Of a stretch of DNA of 64,000 nucleotides, positions 26,157 to 41,951 are shown in pieces (the first letter of the stretch is position 1; each line of letters opens with the position of its first letter). The DNA lies in assembly GCA_964057225.1 (NCBI GenBank), contig OZ059895.1:434001-498000 (forward strand). The letters are read 5' to 3'. Source of the DNA: Auanema rhodensis. Its lineage: Eukaryota; Animalia; Nematoda. The notes beneath the pieces were generated by a model. The model saw only the letters and a list, made by a program, of their open reading frames with translations, was not told where the DNA came from and searched no databases. Position numbers and translations under genes: made by a program.

Positions 26157-29100
26157 AGTTATGATCGTTTGAAAAATGATGCATTAGTGTATGTTGAGTT
26201 TCCATGTACACTCAACATTGCTTCCAAAAACATTTTGACAAAAGTTTTTTCGAAAAATTTCAAAATAATTTAGCAAAAAGTAGATGTTTTTAGATTTCAT
26301 TTTTCAAGGCAAAGACGATAGACAATGTTATTCAACGAAAAAATTAATTCTTCAGGGTGAAAATCGAGGATATAAGTGTGAACTTATATCAGTTGATATC
26401 TCGGTGCATTTTTAAGCTAGCGCAAATCTGATAACACAGATCGACGCAGCTTAAAAATCCGCATCGAATGCACTATACTACATTGAGAAACGCTTTATAC
26501 AAAAATTAGTTATGATCGTTTGAAAAATGATGCATTAGTGTATGTTGAGTTTCCATGTACACTCAACATTGCTTCCAAAAACATTTTGACAAAAATTTTT
26601 TTGAAAAATTTCAAAATAATTTAGCAAAAAGTAGATGTTTTTAGATTCCATTTTTCAAAGCAAAGACGATGGACAATGTTATTCAACGAAAAAATTAATT
26701 CTTCAGGGTGAAAATCGAGGATATAATTGTGAACTTATATCAGTTGATATCTCGGTGCATTTTTAAGTTAGCGCAAATCTGATAACACAGATCGACGCAG
26801 CTTAAAAATTCGGATCGAATGCACTATACTACATTGAGAAACGCTTAATACAAAAATTAGTTATGATCGTTTGAAAAATGATGCATTAGTGTATGTTGAG
26901 TTTCCATGTACACTCAACATTGCTTCCAAAAACATTTTGACAAAAATTTTTTCGAAAAATTTCATAATAATTTAGCAAAAAGTAGATGTTTTTAGATCCC
27001 ATTTTTCAAGGCAAAGACAATGGACAATGTTATTCAACGAAAAAAATGATTCTTCAGGGTGAAAATCGAGGATATAAGTGTGAACTTATATCAGTTGATA
27101 TCTCGGTGCATTTTTAAGTTAGCGCAAATCTGATAACACAAATCGACGCAGCTTAAAAATCCGCATCGAATGCACTATACTACATTGAGAAACGCTTAAT
27201 ACAAAAATTAGTTATGATCGTTTGAAAAATGATGCAATAGTGTATGTTGAGTTTCCATGTACACTCAACATTGCTTCCAAAAACATATTGACAAAACTTT
27301 TTTCGAAACATTTCAAAATAATTTAGCAAAAAGTAGATGTTTTTAGATTCCTTTTTTCAAGGCAAAGACGATGGACAATGTTATTCAACGAAAAAATTAA
27401 TTCTTCAGGGAGAAAATCGAGGATATAAGTGTGAACTTATATCAGTTGATATCTCGGGGCATTTTTAAGCTAGCGCAAATCTGATAACACAAATCGACGC
27501 AGCTTAAAAATCCGCATCGAATGCACTATTTTACATTGAGAAACGCTTAATACAAAAATTAGTTATGATCGTTTGAAAAATGATGCATTAGTGTATGTTG
27601 AGTTTCCATGTACACTCAACATTGCTTCCAAAAACATTTTGACAAAAATTTTTTCGAAAAATTTCAAAATAATTTAGCAAAAAGTAGATGTTTTTAGATT
27701 TCATTTTTCAAGGCAAAGACGATAGACAATGTTATTCAACGAAAAAATTAATTCTTCAGGGTGAAAATCGAGGATATAAGTGTGAACTTATATCAGTTGA
27801 TATCTCGGTGCATTTTTAAGCTAGCGCAAATCTGATAACACAGATCGACGCAGCTTAAAAATCCGCAGCGAATGCACTATACTGCATTGAGAAACGCTCA
27901 ATACAAAAATTAGTTATGATCGTTTGAAAAATGATGCATTAGTGTATGTTGAGTTTCCATGTACACTCAACATTGCTTCCAAAAACATTTTGACAAAAAT
28001 TTTTTTGAAAAATTTCAAAATAATTTAGCAAAAAGTAGATGTTTTTAGATTTCATTTTTCAAGGCAAAGACGATAGACAATGTTATTCAACGAAAAAATT
28101 AATTCTTCAGGGTGAAAATCGAGGATATAAGTGTGAACTTATATCAGTTGATATCTCGGTGCATTTTTAAGCTAGCGCAAATCTGATAACACAGATCGAC
28201 GCAGCTTAAAAATCCGCATCGAATGCACTATACTGCATTGAGAAACGCTCAATACAAAAATTAGTTATGATCGTTTGAAAAATGATGCATTAGTGTATGT
28301 TGAGTTTCCATGTACACTCAACATTGCTTCCAAAAACATTTTGACAAAAATTTTTTTGAAAAATTTCAAAATAATTTAGCAAAAAGTAGATGTTTTTAGA
28401 TTCCATTTTTCAAAGCAAAGACGATGGACAATGTTATTCAACGAAAAAATTAATTCTTCAGGGTGAAAATCGAGGATATAAGTGTGAACTTATATCAGTT
28501 GATATCTCGGTGCATTTTTAAGTTAGCGCAAATCTGATAACACAGATCGACGCAGCTTAAAAATCCGCATCGAATGCGCTATACTACATTTAGAAACGCT
28601 TAATACAAAAATTAGTTATGATCGTTTGAAAAATGATGCATTAGTGTATGTTGAGTTTCCATGTACACTCAACATTGCTTCCAAAAACATTTTGACAAAA
28701 CTTTTTTCGAAACATTTCAAAATAATTTAGCAAAAAGTAGATGTTTTTAGATTCCTTTTTTCAAGGCAAAGACGATGGACAATGTTATTCAACGAAAAAA
28801 TTAATTCTTCAGGGAGAAAATCGAGGATATAAGTGTGAACTTATATCAGTTGATATCTCGGGGCATTTTTAAGCTAGCGCAAATCTGATAACACAAATCG
28901 ACGCAGCTTAAAAATCCGCATCGAATGCACTATACTACATTGAGAAACGCTTAATACAAAAATTAGTTATGATCGTTTGAAAAATGATGCATTAGTGTAT
29001 GTTGAGTTTCCATGTACACTCAACATTGCTTCCAAAAACATTTTGACAAAAATTTTTTCGAAAAATTTCAAAATAATTTAGCAAAAAGTAGATGTTTTTA

Positions 29101-30368
29101 GATTTCATTTTTCAAGGCAAAGACGATAGACAATGTTATTCAACGAAAAAATTAATTCTTCAGGGTGAAAATCGAGGATATAAGTGTGAACTTATATCAG
29201 TTGATATCTCGGTGCATTTTTAAGCTAGCGCAAATCTGATAACACAGATCGACGCAGCTTAAAAATCCGCATCGAATGCACTATACTACATTGAGAAAAG
29301 CTTTATACAAAAATTAGTTATGATCGTTTGAAAAATGATGCATTAGTGTATGTTGAGTTTCCATGTACACTCAACATTGCTTCCAAAAACATTTTGACAA
29401 AAATTTTTTTGAAAAATTTCAAAATAATTTAGCAAAAAGTAGATGTTTTTAGATTCCATTTTTCAAAGCAAAGACGATGGACAATGTTATTCAACGAAAA
29501 AATTAATTCTTCAGGGTGAAAATCGAGGATATAAGTGTGAACTTATATCAGTTGATATCTCGGTGCATTTTTAAGTTAGCGCAAATCTGATAACACAGAT
29601 CGACGCAGCTTAAAAATTCGGATCGAATGCACTATACTACATTGAGAAACGCTTAATACTAAAATTAGTTATGATCGTTTGAAAAATGATGCATTAGTGT
29701 ATGTTGAGTTTCCATGTACACTCAACATTGCTTCCAAAAACATTTTGACAAAAATTTTTTCGAAAAATTTCAAAATAATTTAGCAAAAAGTAGATGTTTT
29801 TAGATTCCTTTTTTCAAGGCAAAGACGATGGACAATGTTATTCAACGAAAAAATTAATTCTTCAGGGAGAAAATCGAGGATATAAGTGTGAACTTATATC
29901 AGTTGATATCTCGGGGCATTTTTAAGCTAGCGCAAATCTGATAACACAAATCGACGCAGCTTAAAAATCCGCATCGAATGCACTATACTACATTGAGAAA
30001 CGCTTAATACAAAAATTAGTTATGATCGTTTGAAAAATGATGCATTAGTGTATGTTGAGTTTCCATGTACACTCAACATTGCTTCCAAAAACATTTTGAC
30101 AAAAATTTTTTCGAAAAATTTCAAAATAATTTAGCAAAAAGTAGATGTTTTTAGATTTCATTTTTCAAGGCAAAGACGATAGACAATGTTATTCAACGAA
30201 AAAATTAATTCTTCAGGGTGAAAATCGAGGATATAAGTGTGAACTTATATCAGTTGATATCTCGGTGCATTTTTAAGCTAGCGCAAATATGATAACACAG
30301 ATCGACGCAGCTTAAAAATCCGCATCGAATGCACTATACTACATTGAGAAACGCTTAATACAAAAATT

Positions 30369-33300
30369 TGTTATGATCGTTTGAAAAATGATGCATTAGT
30401 GTATGTTGAGTTTCCATGTACACTCAACATTGCTTCCAAAAACATTTTGACAAAAATTTTTTCGAAACATTTCAAAATAATTTAGCAAAAAGTAGATGTT
30501 TTTAGATTCCTTTTTTCAAGGCAAAGACGATGGACAATGTTATTCAACGAAAAAATTAATTCTTCAGGGTGAAAATCGAGGATATAAGTGTGAACTTATA
30601 TCAGTTGATATCTCGGTGCATTTTTAAGCTAGCGCAAATCTGATAACACAAATCGACGCAGCTTAAAAATCCGCATCGAATGCACAATACTACATTGAGA
30701 AACGCTTAATACAAAAATTAGTTATGATCGTTTGAAAAATGATGCATTAGTGTATGTTGAGTTTCCATGTACACTCAACATTGCTTCCAAAAACATTTTG
30801 ACAAAAATTTTTTCGAAAAATTTCAAAATAATTTAGCAAAAAGTAGATGTTTTTAGATTTCATGTTTCAAGGCAAAGACGATAGACAATGTTATTCAACG
30901 AAAAAATTAATTCTTCAGGGTGAAAATCGAGGATATAAGTGTGAACTTATATCAGTTGATATCTCGGTGCATTTTTAAGTTAGCGCAAATCAGATAACAC
31001 AAATCGACGCAGCTTAAAAATCCGCATCGAATGCACTATACTACATTGAGAAACGCTTAATACAAAAATTAGTTATGATCGTTTGAAAAATGATGCAATA
31101 GTGTATGTTGAGTTTCCATGTACACTCAACATTGCTTCCAAAAACATATTGACAAAACTTTTTTCGAAACATTTCAAAATAATTTAGCAAAAAGTAGATG
31201 TTTTTAGATTCCTTTTTTCAAGGCAAAGACGATGGACAATGTTATTCAACGAAAAAATTAATTCTTCAGGGAGAAAATCGAGGATATAAGTGTGAACTTA
31301 TATCAGTTGATATCTCGGGGCATTTTTAAGCTAGCGCAAATCTGATAACACAAATCGACGCAGCTTAAAAATCCGCATCGAATGCACTATACTACATTGA
31401 GAAATGCTTAATACAAAAATTAGTTATGATCGTTTGAAAAATGATGCATTAGTGTATGTTGAGTTTCCATGTACACTCAACATTGCTTCCAAAAACATTT
31501 TGACAAAAATTTTTTCGAAAAATTTCAAAATAATTTAGCAAAAAGTAGATGTTTTTAGATTTCATTTTTCAAGGCAAAGACGATAGACAATGTTATTCAA
31601 CGAAAAAATTAATTCTTCAGGGTGAAAATCGAGGATATAAGTGTGAACTTATATCAGTTGATATCTCGGTGCATTTTTAAGCTAGCGCAAATCTGATAAA
31701 ACAGATCGACGCAGCTTAAAAATCCGCATCGAATGCACTATACTGCATTGAGAAACGCTCAATACAAAAATTAGTTATGATCGTTTGAAAAATGATGCAT
31801 TAGTGTATGTTGAGTTTCCATGTACACTCAACATTGCTTCCAAAAACATTTTGACAAAAATTTTTTTGAAAAATTTCAAAATAATTTAGCAAAAAGTAGA
31901 TGTTTTTAGATTCCATTTTTCAAAGCAAAGACGATGGACAATGTTATTCAACGAAAAAATTAATTCTTCAGGGTGAAAATCGAGGATATAAGTGTGAACT
32001 TATATCAGTTGATATCTCGGTGCATTTTTAAGTTAGCGCAAATCTGATAACACAGATCGACGCAGCTTAAAAATTCGGATCGAATGCACTATACTACATT
32101 GAGAAACGCTTAATACAAAAATTAGTTATGATCGTTTGAAAAATGATGCATTAGTGTATGTTGAGTTTCCATGTACACTCAACATTGCTTCCAAAAACAT
32201 TTTGACAAAAATTTTTTCGAAAAATTTCAAAATAATTTAGCAAAAAGTAGATGTTTTTAGATTCCATTTTTCAAGGCAAAGACAATGGACAATGTTATTC
32301 AACGAAAAAAATGATTCTTCAGGGTGAAAATCGAGGATATAAGTGTGAACTTATATCAGTTGATATCTCGGTGCATTTTTAAGCTAGCGCAAATATGATA
32401 ACACAGATCGACGCAGCTTAAAAATCCGCATCGAATGCACTATACTACATTGAGAAACGCTTAATACAAAAATTTGTTATGATCGTTTGAAAAATGATGC
32501 ATTAGTGTATGTTGAGTTTCCATGTACACTCAACATTGCTTCCAAAAACATTTTGACAAAAATTTTTTCGAAAAATTTCAAAATAATTTAGCAAAAAGTA
32601 GATGTTTTTAGATTTCATTTTTCAAAACAAAGACGATAGACAATGTTATTCAACGAAAAAATTAATTCTTCAGGGTGAAAATCGAGGATATATGTGTGAA
32701 CTTATATCAGTTGATATCTCGGTGCATTTTTAAGCTAGCGCAAATCTGATAACACAGATCGACGCAGCTTAAAAATCCGCATCGAATGCACTATACTACA
32801 TTGAGAAAAGCTTTATACAAAAATTAGTTATGATCGTTTGAAAAATGATGCATTAGTGTATGTTGAGTTTCCATGTACACTCAACATTGCTTCCAAAAAC
32901 ATTTTGACAAAAATTTTTTTGAAAAATTTCAAAATAATTTAGCAAAAAGTAGATGTTTTTAGATTCCATTTTTCAAAGCAAAGACGATGGACAATGTTAT
33001 TCAACGAAAAAATTAATTCTTCAGGGTGAAAATCGAGGATATAAGTGTGAACTTATATCAGTTGATATCTCGGTGCATTTTTAAGATAGCGCAAATCTGA
33101 TAACACAGATCGACGCAGCTTAAAAATTCGGATCGAATGCACTATACTACATTGAGAAACGCTTAATACTAAAATTAGTTATGATCGTTTGAAAAATGAT
33201 GCATTAGTGTATGTTGAGTTTCCATGTACACTCAACATTGCTTCCAAAAACATTTTGACAAAAATTTTTTCGAAAAATTTCAAAATAATTTAGCAAAAAG

Positions 33301-36300
33301 TAGATGTTTTTAGATTCCTTTTTTCAAGGCAAAGACGATGGACAATGTTATTCAACGAAAAAATTAATTCTTCAGGGAGAAAATCGAGGATATAAGTGTG
33401 AACTTATATCAGTTGATATCTCGGGGCATTTTTAAGCTAGCGCAAATCTGATAACACAAATCGACGCAGCTTAAAAATCCGCATCGAATGCACTATACTA
33501 CATTGAGAAACGCTTAATACAAAAATTAGTTATGATCGTTTGAAAAATGATGCATTAGTGTATGTTGAGTTTCCATGTACACTCAACATTGCTTCCAAAA
33601 ACATTTTGACAAAAATTTTTTCGAAAAATTTCAAAATAATTTAGCAAAAAGTAGATGTTTTTAGATTTCATTTTTCAAGGCAAAGACGATAGACAATGTT
33701 ATTCAACGAAAAAATTAATTCTTCAGGGTGAAAATCGAGGATATAAGTGTGAACTTATATCAGTTGATATCTCGGTGCATTTTTAAGCTAGCGCAAATCT
33801 GATAACACAGATCGACGCAGCTTAAAAATCCGCATCGAATGCACTATACTACATTGAGAAAAGCTTTATACAAAAATTAGTTATGATCGTTTGAAAAATG
33901 ATGCATTAGTGTATGTTGAGTTTCCATGTACACTCAACATTGCTTCCAAAAACATTTTGACAAAAATTTTTTTGAAAAATTTCAAAATAATTTAGCAAAA
34001 AGTAGATGTTTTTAGATTCCATTTTTCAAAGCAAAGACGATGGACAATGTTATTCAACGAAAAAATTAATTCTTCAGGGAGAAAATCGAGGATATAAGTG
34101 TGAACTTATATCAGTTGATATCTCGGGGCATTTTTAAGCTAGCGCAAATCTGATAACACAAATCGACGCAGCTTAAAAATCCGCATCGAATGCACTATAC
34201 TACATTGAGAAACGCTTAATACAAAAATTAGTTATGATCGTTTGAAAAATGATGCATTAGTGTATGTTGAGTTTCCATGTACACTCAACATTGCTTCCAA
34301 AAACATTTTGACAAAAATTTTTTCGAAAAATTTCAAAATAATTTAGCAAAAAGTAGATGTTTTTAGATTTCATTTTTCAAGGCAAAGACGATAGACAATG
34401 TTATTCAACGAAAAAATTAATTCTTCAGGGTGAAAATCGAGGATATAAGTGTGAACTTATATCAGTTGATATCTCGGTGCATTTTTAAGCTAGCGCGAAT
34501 CTGATAACACAGATCGACGCAGCTTAAAAATCCGCATCGAATGCACTATACTACATTGAGAAAAGCTTTATACAAAAATTAGTTATGATCGTTTGAAAAA
34601 TGATGCATTAGTGTATGTTGAGTTTCCATGTACACTCAACATTGCTTCCAAAAACATTTTGACAAAAATTTTTTTGAAAAATTTCAAAATAATTTAGCAA
34701 AAAGTAGATGTTTTTAGATTCCATTTTTCAAAGCAAAGACGATGGACAATGTTATTCAACGAAAAAATTAATTCTTCAGGGTGAAAATCGAGGATATAAG
34801 TGTGAACTTATATCAGTTGATATCTCGGTGCATTTTTAAGTTAGCGCAAATCTGATAACACAGATCGACGCAGCTTAAAAATTCGGATCGAATGCACTAT
34901 ACTACATTGAGAAACGCTTAATACAAAAATTAGTTATGATCGTTTGAAAAATGATGCATTAGTGTATGTTGAGTTTCCATGTACACTCAACATTGCTTCC
35001 AAAAACATTTTGACAAAAATTTTTTCGAAAAATTTCAAAATAATTTAGCAAAAAGTAGATGTTTTTAGATTCCATTTTTCAAGGCAAAGACAATGGACAA
35101 TGTTATTCAACGAAAAAAATGATTCTTCAGGGTGAAAATCGAGGATATAAGTGTGAACTTATATCAGTTGATATCTCGGTGCATTTTTAAGCTAGCGCAA
35201 ATATGATAACACAGATCGACGCAGCTTAAAAATCCGCATCGAATGCACTATACTACATTGAGAAACGCTTAATACAAAAATTTGTTATGATCGTTTGAAA
35301 AATGATGCATTAGTGTATGTTGAGTTTCCATGTACACTCAACATTGCTTCCAAAAACATTTTGACAAAAATTTTTTCGAAACATTTCAAAATAATTTAGC
35401 AAAAAGTAGATGTTTTTAGATTCCTTTTTTCAAGGCAAAGACGATGGACAATGTTATTCAACGAAAAAATTAATTCTTCAGGGTGAAAATCGAGGATATA
35501 AGTGTGAACTTATATCAGTTGATATCTCGGTGCATTTTTAAGCTAGCGCAAATCTGATAACACAAATCGACGCAGCTTAAAAATCCGCATCGAATGCACA
35601 ATACTACATTGAGAAACGCTTAATACAAAAATTAGTTATGATCGTTTGAAAAATGATGCATTAGTGTATGTTGAGTTTCCATGTACACTCAACATTGCTT
35701 CCAAAAACATTTTGACAAAAATTTTTTCGAAAAATTTCAAAATAATTTAGCAAAAAGTAGATGTTTTTAGATTTCATGTTTCAAGGCAAAGACGATAGAC
35801 AATGTTATTCAACGAAAAAATTAATTCTTCAGGGTGAAAATCGAGGATATAAGTGTGAACTTATATCAGTTGATATCTCGGTGCATTTTTAAGTTAGCGC
35901 AAATCAGATAACACAAATCGACGCAGCTTAAAAATCCGCATCGAATGCACTATACTACATTGAGAAACGCTTAATACAAAAATTAGTTATGATCGTTTGA
36001 AAAATGATGCAATAGTGTATGTTGAGTTTCCATGTACACTCAACATTGCTTCCAAAAACATATTGACAAAACTTTTTTCGAAACATTTCAAAATAATTTA
36101 GCAAAAAGTAGATGTTTTTAGATTCCTTTTTTCAAGGCAAAGACGATGGACAATGTTATTCAACGAAAAAATTAATTCTTCAGGGAGAAAATCGAGGATA
36201 TAAGTGTGAACTTATATCAGTTGATATCTCGGGGCATTTTTAAGCTAGCGCAAATCTGATAACACAAATCGACGCAGCTTAAAAATCCGCATCGAATGCA

Positions 36301-37388
36301 CTATACTACATTGAGAAACGCTTAATACAAAAATTAGTTATGATCGTTTGAAAAATGATGCATTAGTGTATGTTGAGTTTCCATGTACACTCAACATTGC
36401 TTCCAAAAACATTTTGACAAAAATTTTTTCGAAAAATTTCAAAATAATTTAGCAAAAAGTAGATGTTTTTAGATTTCATTTTTCAAGGCAAAGACGATAG
36501 ACAATGTTATTCAACGAAAAAATTAATTCTTCAGGGTGAAAATCGAGGATATAAGTGTGAACTTATATCAGTTGATATCTCGGTGCATTTTTAAGCTAGC
36601 GCAAATCTGATAAAACAGATCGACGCAGCTTAAAAATCCGCATCGAATGCACTATACTGCATTGAGAAACGCTCAATACAAAAATTAGTTATGATCGTTT
36701 GAAAAATGATGCATTAGTGTATGTTGAGTTTCCATGTACACTCAACATTGCTTCCAAAAACATTTTGACAAAAATTTTTTTGAAAAATTTCAAAATAATT
36801 TAGCAAAAAGTAGATGTTTTTAGATTCCATTTTTCAAAGCAAAGACGATGGACAATGTTATTCAACGAAAAAATTAATTCTTCAGGGTGAAAATCGAGGA
36901 TATAAGTGTGAACTTATATCAGTTGATATCTCGGTGCATTTTTAAGTTAGCGCAAATCTGATAACACAGATCGACGCAGCTTAAAAATTCGGATCGAATG
37001 CACTATACTACATTGAGAAACGCTTAATACAAAAATTAGTTATGATCGTTTGAAAAATGATGCATTAGTGTATGTTGAGTTTCCATGTACACTCAACATT
37101 GCTTCCAAAAACATTTTGACAAAAATTTTTTCGAAAAATTTCAAAATAATTTAGCAAAAAGTAGATGTTTTTAGATTCCATTTTTCAAGGCAAAGACAAT
37201 GGACAATGTTATTCAACGAAAAAAATGATTCTTCAGGGTGAAAATCGAGGATATAAGTGTGAACTTATATCAGTTGATATCTCGGTGCATTTTTAAGCTA
37301 GCGCAAATATGATAACACAGATCGACGCAGCTTAAAAATCCGCATCGAATGCACTATACTACATTGAGAAACGCTTAATACAAAAATT
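30369..37388 (-). repeat. 6-monomer block present twice, non-adjacent (30369-32474 and 35283-37388; offset 4914 bp = 14 monomers)
   Basis: Private variants GCACAATAC (30686/35600), CATGTTTC, AAATCAGATA and GATAAAACAG all recur at the same offset. Confidence 0.85.
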
Positions 37389-38792
37389 TGTTATGATCGT
37401 TTGAAAAATGATGCATTAGTGTATGTTGAGTTTCCATGTACACTCAACATTGCTTCCAAAAACATTTTGACAAAAATTTTTTCGAAACATTTCAAAATAA
37501 TTTAGCAAAAAGTAGATGTTTTTAGATTCCTTTTTTCAAGGCAAAGACGATGGACAATGTTATTCAACGAAAAAATTAATTCTTCAGGGTGAAAATCGAG
37601 GATATAAGTGTGAACTTATATCAGTTGATATCTCGGTGCATTTTTAAGCTAGCGCAAATCTGATAACACAAATCGACGCAGCTTAAAAATCCGCATCGAA
37701 TGCACTATACTACATTGAGAAACGCTTAATACAAAAATTAGTTATGATCGTTTGAAAAATGATGCATTAGTGTATGTTGAGTTTCCATGTACACTCAACA
37801 TTGCTTCCAAAAACATTTTGACAAAAATTTTTTTGAAAAATTTCAAAATAATTTAGCAAAAAGTAGATGTTTTTAGATTCCATTTTTCAAAGCAAAGACG
37901 ATGGACAATGTTATTCAACGAAAAAATTAATTCTTCAGGGTGAAAATCGAGGATATAAGTGTGAACTTATATCAGTTGATATCTCGGTGCATTTTTAAGT
38001 TAGCGCAAATCTGATAACACAGATCGACGCAGCTTAAAAATTCGGATCGAATGCACTATACTACATTGAGAAACGCTTAATACAAAAATTAGTTATGATC
38101 GTTTGAAAAATGATGCATTAGTGTATGTTGAGTTTCCATGTACACTCAACATTGCTTCCAAAAACATTTTGACAAAAATTTTTTCGAAAAATTTCAAAAT
38201 AATTTAGCAAAAAGTAGATGTTTTTAGATTCCATTTTTCAAGGCAAAGACAATGGACAATGTTATTCAACGAAAAAAATGATTCTTCAGGGTGAAAATCG
38301 AGGATATAAGTGTGAACTTATATCAGTTGATATCTCGGTGCATTTTTAAGCTAGCGCAAATATGATAACACAGATCGACGCAGCTTAAAAATCCGCATCG
38401 AATGCACTATACTACATTGAGAAACGCTTAATACAAAAATTTGTTATGATCGTTTGAAAAATGATGCATTAGTGTATGTTGAGTTTCCATGTACACTCAA
38501 CATTGCTTCCAAAAACATTTTGACAAAAATTTTTTCGAAACATTTCAAAATAATTTAGCAAAAAGTAGATGTTTTTAGATTCCTTTTTTCAAGGCAAAGA
38601 CGATGGACAATGTTATTCAACGAAAAAATTAATTCTTCAGGGTGAAAATCGAGGATATAAGTGTGAACTTATATCAGTTGATATCTCGGTGCATTTTTAA
38701 GCTAGCGCAAATCTGATAACACAAATCGACGCAGCTTAAAAATCCGCATCGAATGCACTATACTACATTGAGAAACGCTTAATACAAAAATT
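36687..38792 (-). repeat. 3-monomer (1053 bp) tandem duplication
   Basis: The order [TTTTGAAA+ATTCGGA], [GACAATGG+AATGATT+ATATGATA], [TTTGTT+CACAAAT] occurs twice in succession. Confidence 0.8.
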
Positions 38793-39494
38793 AGTTATGA
38801 TCGTTTGAAAAATGATGCATTAGTGTATGTTGAGTTTCCATGTACACTCAACATTGCTTCCAAAAACATTTTGACAAAAATTTTTTCGAAAAATTTCAAA
38901 ATAATTTAGCAAAAAGTAGATGTTTTTAGATTCCTTTTTTTGAGTCAAAGACGATGGACAATGTTATTCAACGAAAAAATTAATTCTTCAGGGTGAAAAT
39001 CGAGGATATAAGTGTGAACTTATATCAGTTGATATCTCGGTGCATTTTTAAGCTAGCGCAAATCTGATAACACAGATCGACGCAGCTTAAAAATTCGCAT
39101 CGAATGCACTATACTACATTGAGAAACGCTTAATACAAAAATTTGTTATGATCGTTTGAAAAATGATGCATTAGTGTATGTTGAGTTTCCATGTACACTC
39201 AACATTGCTTCCAAAAACATTTTGACAAAAATTTTTTCGAAAAATTTCAAAATAATTTAGCAAAAAGTAGATGTTTTTAGATTCCTTTTTTTGAGGCAAA
39301 GACGATGGACAATGTTATTCAACGAAAAAATTAATTCTTCAGGGTGAAAATCGAGGATATAAGTGTGAACTTATATCAGTTGATATCTCGGTGCATTTTT
39401 AAGCTAGCGCAAATCTGATAACACAAATCGACGCAGCTTAAAAATCCGCATCGAATGCACTATACTACATTGAGAAACGCTTAATACAAAAATT

Positions 39495-41600
39495 AGTTAT
39501 GATCGTTTGAAAAATGATGCATTAATGTATGTTGAGTTTCCATGTACACTCAACATTGCTTCCAAAAACATTTTGACAAAAATTTTTTCGAAAAATTTCA
39601 AAATAATTTAGCAAAAAGTAGATGTTTTTATATTTCATTTTTCAAGGCAAAGACGATAGACAATGTTATTCAACGAAAAAATTAATTCTTCAGGGTGAAA
39701 ATCGAGGATATAAGTGTGAACTTATATCAGTTGATATCTCGGTGCATTTTTAAGCTAGCGCAAATCTGATAACACAGATCGACGCAGCTTAAAAATCCGC
39801 ATCGAATGCACTATACTACATTGAGAAACGCTTAATACAAAAATTTGTTATGATCGTTTGAAAAATGATGCATTAGTGTATGTTGAGTTTCCATGTACAC
39901 TCAACATTGCTTCCAAAAACATTTTGACAAAAATTTTTTCGAAACATTTCAAAATAATTTAGCAAAAAGTAGATGTTTTTAGATTCCTTTTTTCAAGGCA
40001 AAGACGATGGACAATGTTATTCAACGAAAAAATTAATTCTTCAGGGTGAAAATCGAGGATATAAGTGTGAACTTATATCAGTTGATATCTCGGTGCATTT
40101 TTAAGCTAGCGCAAATCTGATAACACAAATCGACGCAGCTTAAAAATCCGCATCGAATGCACTATACTACATTGAGAAACGCTTAATACAAAAATTAGTT
40201 ATGATCGTTTGAAAAATGATGCATTAGTGTATGTTGAGTTTCCATGTACACTCAACATTGCTTCCAAAAACATTTTGACAAAAATTTTTTCGAAAAATTT
40301 CAAAATAATTTAGCAAAAAGTAGATGTTTTTAGATTCCTTTTTTCAAAGCAAAGACGATGGACAATGTTATTCAACGAAAAAATTAATTCTTCAGGGTGA
40401 AAATCGAGGATATAAGTGTGAACTTATATCAGTTGATATCTCGGTGCATTTTTAAGCTAGCGCAAATCTGATAACACAAATCGACGCAGCTTAAAAATCC
40501 GCATCGAATGCACTATACTACATTGAGAAACGCTTAATACAAAAATTAGTTATGATCGTTTGAAAAATGATGCATTAATGTATGTTGAGTTTCCATGTAC
40601 ACTCAACATTGCTTCCAAAAACATTTTGACAAAAATTTTTTCGAAAAATTTCAAAATAATTTAGCAAAAAGTAGATGTTTTTATATTTCATTTTTCAAGG
40701 CAAAGACGATAGACAATGTTATTCAACGAAAAAATTAATTCTTCAGGGTGAAAATCGAGGATATAAGTGTGAACTTATATCAGTTGATATCTCGGTGCAT
40801 TTTTAAGCTAGCGCAAATCTGATAACACAGATCGACGCAGCTTAAAAATCCGCATCGAATGCACTATACTACATTGAGAAACGCTTAATACAAAAATTTG
40901 TTATGATCGTTTGAAAAATGATGCATTAGTGTATGTTGAGTTTCCATGTACACTCAACATTGCTTCCAAAAACATTTTGACAAAAATTTTTTCGAAACAT
41001 TTCAAAATAATTTAGCAAAAAGTAGATGTTTTTAGATTCCTTTTTTCAAGGCAAAGACGATGGACAATGTTATTCAACGAAAAAATTAATTCTTCAGGGT
41101 GAAAATCGAGGATATAAGTGTGAACTTATATCAGTTGATATCTCGGTGCATTTTTAAGCTAGCGCAAATCTGATAACACAAATCGACGCAGCTTAAAAAT
41201 CCGCATCGAATGCACTATACTACATTGAGAAACGCTTAATACAAAAATTAGTTATGATCGTTTGAAAAATGATGCATTAGTGTATGTTGAGTTTCCATGT
41301 ACACTCAACATTGCTTCCAAAAACATTTTGACAAAAATTTTTTCGAAAAATTTCAAAATAATTTAGCAAAAAGTAGATGTTTTTAGATTCCTTTTTTCAA
41401 AGCAAAGACGATGGACAATGTTATTCAACGAAAAAATTAATTCTTCAGGGTGAAAATCGAGGATATAAGTGTGAACTTATATCAGTTGATATCTCGGTGC
41501 ATTTTTAAGCTAGCGCAAATCTGATAACACAGATCGACGCAGCTTAAAAATCCGCATCGAGTGCACTATACTACATTGAGAAACGCTTAATACAAAAATT
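39495..41600 (-). repeat. 3-monomer (1053 bp) tandem duplication
   Basis: Private variants GCATTAATG (39525/40578) and TTTTATATTTC, each at a 1053-bp offset. Confidence 0.85.
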
Positions 41601-41951
41601 AGTTATGATCGTTTGAAAAATGATGCATTAGTGTATGTTGAGTTTCCATGTACACTCAACATTGCTTCCAAAAACATTTTGACAAAAATTTTTTCGAAAA
41701 ATTTCAAAATAATTTAGCAAAAAGTAGATGTTTTTAGATTCCATTTTTCAAAGCAAAGACGATGGACAATGTTATTCAACGAAAAAATTAATTCTTCAGG
41801 GTGAAAATCGAGGATATAAGTGTGAACTTATATCAGTTGATATCTCGGTGCATTTTTAAGCTAGCGCAAATCTGATAACACAAATCGACGCAGCTTAAAA
41901 ATTCGCATCGAATGCACTATACTACATTGAGAAACACTTAATACAAAAATT

